Below, one piece after another: positions 60,755-64,000 of a stretch of 64,000 nucleotides of DNA. The notes under the pieces are model-generated. The model ran no database searches, was not told the DNA's origin, and saw only the letters and a program-made list of their open reading frames with translations. The translations under genes and the position numbers were made by a program. Each line of letters begins with the position of its first letter. The stretch's first letter is position 1. This DNA comes from Helicobacteraceae bacterium. Lineage in GTDB: Bacteria > Campylobacterota > Campylobacteria > Campylobacterales > Helicobacteraceae. Where the stretch lies: contig CAAFVR010000008.1 of NCBI GenBank assembly GCA_900766555.1, forward strand, positions 1-64,000, given 5' to 3'.

Positions 60755-61582
60755 ATGCGTTATAAGGGGATTTTTATTTTTCTCCTTGTAATAGCTAGCT
60801 TGGTGCTATTATTTTTTAAACATGATGGTTTTAGATATAAATTTCTGCATTTGAGCGATGGGATCCGATCTAGCTATCATAATTTCACAATCAATGCTAA
60901 ATTTTTGTATGAGCGCTTTTTTATACAAAGCAGAGCGATTGCTAAATATCAAAAAGAAGCGCATTTTATGGAGGAGCTAAGGCTCCAAAATATCAATTTG
61001 CAAAATGCAATACAAAGCATTCATGACATTTATAAAGATTTGCCCCGCTATGTTGAATCTAGCTTTTATCCCGCGCTCGTGTTAGGCTATGCGCAGGTAA
61101 ATTCATTTCATAAAGTGTGGCTTAAAAGTAATAGAAATTATAGCGATGGCAAGATTTTGGGCATTGTTTTAGGCGATGTTGCAATTGGTATCGCCCTGAG
61201 CGATGGCAAAAGGCTTTTGGGTCTATTAAATGGGAGTAAAAATGCTAGCTACAGCGTATTTATCGGATCTAACAAGACGCCAGCAATTATTCGTGAAAAT
61301 ATAGAAGATAGTAGATTTTTATTAGCAGATTTTATACCGCAATATTTTGATGTAAATGTTGGCGATGAGGTCGTAACAAGTGGGCTGGATAATGTTTTTA
61401 TAGAAGGTCTAAAAGTTGGGAGAGTGAGTTATATAACAGATAAAAATGGCTATATAAGTGCGCAAATTACGCCATATGAGTTGCCAACTTTGGGTAAATA
61501 TGTTTTTTTAATCGACAAAAATGATGCAAATAAAAGCAGCGATTTAACAGATAATATTCAAGATATTTTGAGAGACAAATGA
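60755..61582 (+). CDS. mreC: rod shape-determining protein MreC
   Basis: N-terminal TM helix, coiled coil, beta domain. Follows mreB. Confidence 0.7.
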   Translation: MRYKGIFIFLLVIASLVLLFFKHDGFRYKFLHLSDGIRSSYHNFTINAKFLYERFFIQSRAIAKYQKEAHFMEELRLQNINLQNAIQSIHDIYKDLPRYVESSFYPALVLGYAQVNSFHKVWLKSNRNYSDGKILGIVLGDVAIGIALSDGKRLLGLLNGSKNASYSVFIGSNKTPAIIRENIEDSRFLLADFIPQYFDVNVGDEVVTSGLDNVFIEGLKVGRVSYITDKNGYISAQITPYELPTLGKYVFLIDKNDANKSSDLTDNIQDILRDK

Positions 61583-63675
61583 TCAAAACCCTAGAAAATA
61601 TGGTGCAAAAACTTGAGCTTTGTAAATCGCATTTTGAGATCTTAGGTTTCATAAAAACCACAGATTGGGGAGCTATTTTTAAGGTAAATGAGCAAAAAAT
61701 AACTCTAGCATCTCTTTTATGTGAGAAAATATTTACTTGCATTATTTCAAAAGGTAGATTGCCTGAGCGCGAATTTCTTTTAATTTTTGGTGCATTTTAT
61801 GGGGTCAAAATAAGTGATACTAGATTTAGCGCGATAAAAGAATTTGCAAATTCAAATTTCAAAGCTTCAGATAATGATAATGAAAAGATTTTGCTGCTAG
61901 ATCTGATATTTTTATGTGATCTTTTGGAGGGGATTTGCGCCAAAGAGGCGCTAGAACGCTATATCAAGCAGATCTTATTGCTTAATATTAATGCGCTTGA
62001 AGTGCAAAAATCACATGTATTTTTGCTCACTTTTTTTGACATTTTTAAGATTGAATTTTCTATATTTGAGAGCATTTTAAAAAGTATTTATGCTGATTTT
62101 AGCACGCTAGATCCAAAAATTAAGCGCAATGTTTTTAATGTAACTTTGCAAGTATTTTGGAATGTTGCGCATTTTTATAATGATAAAAGATGGCTTAATT
62201 TTTATGACATTTGGCTTAGTATTTTTTATGCGGAATTGTCGCGCGATCTGGATTTAGCAATATTTTTGCACTTTTTTATTTATCATATTTGTGGCAATAG
62301 TTTTGAGACGCAAGAGCAGTGGAAAAAATTTAATATTGATGTGACGCTAAAGGCTAGTTCATTTTATGCGCTAGATAAAATAAGTATAAATGACTTTACA
62401 AAAAGTGCAAAAAATGAAAATGACAAGATAAAAGTTGGCTTTTTGCGCGATAGATTAGTGCTAAATTCGACATTCAAAGTTGAATATAGCTTTTTAAAAA
62501 TGCTGGCTAAAACAAATAAATTTGAGATATCAATATATCTTTTAAGCCTGCTTGAAAAAAGCGATAATGATAAAAAATTGCTCCAAGATTTATTAGAACT
62601 TGGAGTAAGTATTTTTGATGTCGGATCTGGCATGTTGCATAAACAAAATGGCGAGATCAAATTGCATGAGGCGCAAAATAGCTTGTTATATTTTAATTCG
62701 CATTTGCAAAAGGCTAGGATTTTGGTCCAAGAAATTGCAAAAAATGATCTTGATTTATTGATTAGTCCAAATAATGGATATGGGATTTGTGATTATGTGT
62801 TATCACAGCGCGTTTGCAAAAAGCAGGTCTTTTGGAGTCATGGCAATTTTGTCTATGATGCACTTTTTATAGATATGAAAATTACGCATATTTGTGGAAA
62901 TATGCAAAAAATTATCCATCATGGAGTCGAATTTTACGGCATACCGGTCAAAATGGATGATAAGTTTTATAACCCACAAATAAATAAAAATATCATAGAT
63001 AGCATAAGAAATTCGTATAAAGCCACAAAAATAGCAGGCAGTATCGGCAGGCTTATAAAGTTAGATAGTGCAGAATTTTTGCAAGCGTTAGTTTTGATAC
63101 TTGATGCAGATAAAGAATTAATTTTCCTAGCTTGCGGAGGGGGGAATGTCTCAAATTTGAAAGATAAAATTGCAAAAATATGCCAAGAAATGAACCTTCA
63201 GACAAGAGATATTTTATCTCGTATATTTTTCCCAGGTTTTGTAGATAGCGGAATTTATGGTCATGTTATTGATTTTTGGCTTGATAGTTTTCCACTAAAA
63301 CATGGCGAATCGCGCATTGAATTTGTAGCTAAAAATAAGCTTAGCCTAATCAGATCTGATGAGACAAAAGAAAATAGAGAAAATCGCCTAAGCGAGTGGC
63401 TAAAAATTCATGAGGCAGAAATAAAAGTAGCTTTTTATGCAAATGATGCAAAAAATGACGGATTTTTTAGCTCTTTTGAAGAGTTCTGTAATTTTGTGCG
63501 TTTTAATCATGATTTAGTGGCTTTTGATGTGAGCGATTATGTAGTAAAAGCGCAAAATGCTCTAAAATTTGATAAAAGAACAGAGCAAAAGCATCTTTTA
63601 GTAGGTGAGATCATTAAGGCTGTAAACAACTCCATTAGAGAGAATTTAGGATTGCAATTTTTCTTAAAATTATGA
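61579..63675 (+). CDS. large hypothetical protein, C-terminal region possibly GT41-like glycosyltransferase
   Basis: 698 aa. C-terminal ...LIFLACGGGNVSNLKDKI...HVIDFWLDSFPLKHGESRIE loosely resembles the Rossmann half of O-GlcNAc-transferase-like (GT41) enzymes. Weak. Confidence 0.4.
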   Translation: MIKTLENMVQKLELCKSHFEILGFIKTTDWGAIFKVNEQKITLASLLCEKIFTCIISKGRLPEREFLLIFGAFYGVKISDTRFSAIKEFANSNFKASDNDNEKILLLDLIFLCDLLEGICAKEALERYIKQILLLNINALEVQKSHVFLLTFFDIFKIEFSIFESILKSIYADFSTLDPKIKRNVFNVTLQVFWNVAHFYNDKRWLNFYDIWLSIFYAELSRDLDLAIFLHFFIYHICGNSFETQEQWKKFNIDVTLKASSFYALDKISINDFTKSAKNENDKIKVGFLRDRLVLNSTFKVEYSFLKMLAKTNKFEISIYLLSLLEKSDNDKKLLQDLLELGVSIFDVGSGMLHKQNGEIKLHEAQNSLLYFNSHLQKARILVQEIAKNDLDLLISPNNGYGICDYVLSQRVCKKQVFWSHGNFVYDALFIDMKITHICGNMQKIIHHGVEFYGIPVKMDDKFYNPQINKNIIDSIRNSYKATKIAGSIGRLIKLDSAEFLQALVLILDADKELIFLACGGGNVSNLKDKIAKICQEMNLQTRDILSRIFFPGFVDSGIYGHVIDFWLDSFPLKHGESRIEFVAKNKLSLIRSDETKENRENRLSEWLKIHEAEIKVAFYANDAKNDGFFSSFEEFCNFVRFNHDLVAFDVSDYVVKAQNALKFDKRTEQKHLLVGEIIKAVNNSIRENLGLQFFLKL

Positions 63676-64000
63676 GAGTATTAATTCTTTGTGCGGCAAA
63701 TCCAGCGCTAAATCCAAGGCCTTCGCGCTTTATCGATTTTTTTAAAAAAAAGCATCAAGTTAGCGCAATGGGCATTAATTCAAGTGAGATTAACGGCGTT
63801 GAGGTCATAAATTACAGCGCATATAAAAAGAGATCTTTATTTGGCGAGATAGCGCTATATTTCCGTGCTTTTATGGGAAAATATTGGCATATGATTTATA
63901 CGCCAAATCGCTTGGAAATCGCTAGATTTCTAAAAAGGCGCGATTTTGACTTAATAATTTGTCATGATTTAGTGCTTTTGCCAATCGTGCTTGAATTTAA
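63672..64000 (+). CDS. 5' part of an ORF that runs off the window (MRVLILCAANPALNPRPSRF...)
   Basis: ATGA overlap with the preceding gene. No stop before the window end. Confidence 0.3.
   Translation, partial: MRVLILCAANPALNPRPSRFIDFFKKKHQVSAMGINSSEINGVEVINYSAYKKRSLFGEIALYFRAFMGKYWHMIYTPNRLEIARFLKRRDFDLIICHDLVLLPIVLEF

Noticed and set aside
1-64000. CRISPR arrays, IS elements/transposases, prophage or integrase genes, rRNA operons
   Set aside because: No direct-repeat/spacer arrays, no transposase- or integrase-like translations, and no rRNA-like conserved stretches were seen. The only tRNA is Ser(GCT).
1-64000. Interpreting the GATC-motif enrichment as a restriction-site artefact or cloning scar
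   Set aside because: Copies lie inside conserved codons of essential genes and preserve the protein sequence (for example the ClpX P-loop GSGKT). Insertion scars are therefore unlikely, although the signal does need the shuffled-codon control described above.

Overview
This 64 kb window is AT-rich (roughly 33% GC by eye) and shows Campylobacter/Helicobacter-type gene order. It spans the chromosomal origin region: ruvC, dnaA, a candidate oriC in the dnaA–dnaN gap, dnaN and gyrB. Upstream is a pseudaminic-acid flagellin-glycosylation block (pseF, pseG, pseH, pseI, minus strand) next to flgH. At the left edge a 20-nt poly-C (poly-G on the coding strand) tract lies inside the 5' end of a truncated minus-strand gene, suggesting a phase-variable contingency gene. 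The rest is mostly conserved housekeeping genes (gmk, kdsB, sdaA/sdaC, pyrF, panC, hemH, ilvE, glmS, ung, plsY, folB, dnaE, folE, rlmN, fabZ, lpxA, clpX, mreB, mreC). Features that stand out are: a nucT–polyE–gmk block resembling H. pylori HP0323–HP0321; a long minus-strand operon that mixes ccsBA cytochrome-c biogenesis with a standalone SpoA-domain (FliN-like) protein and a TonB-C-terminal protein; an efeO–efeB–FTR1 iron-uptake operon behind a Fur-box-like site; a QueH protein with an unknown 200-aa C-terminal extension; and a 698-aa protein after mreC with a possible GT41-like C-terminus. The most unusual signal covers the whole window: a GATC-core motif (RGATCY, extended to TCGGATCTGG / CCAGATCCGA) is heavily over-represented in genes and intergenic DNA, in all reading frames and on both strands. 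My hand count finds roughly 40 copies of the 8-mer against about 1 expected from base composition. I saw no CRISPR arrays, IS elements or rRNA genes. All calls are made by eye from the translations and the sequence; nothing was searched or computed.
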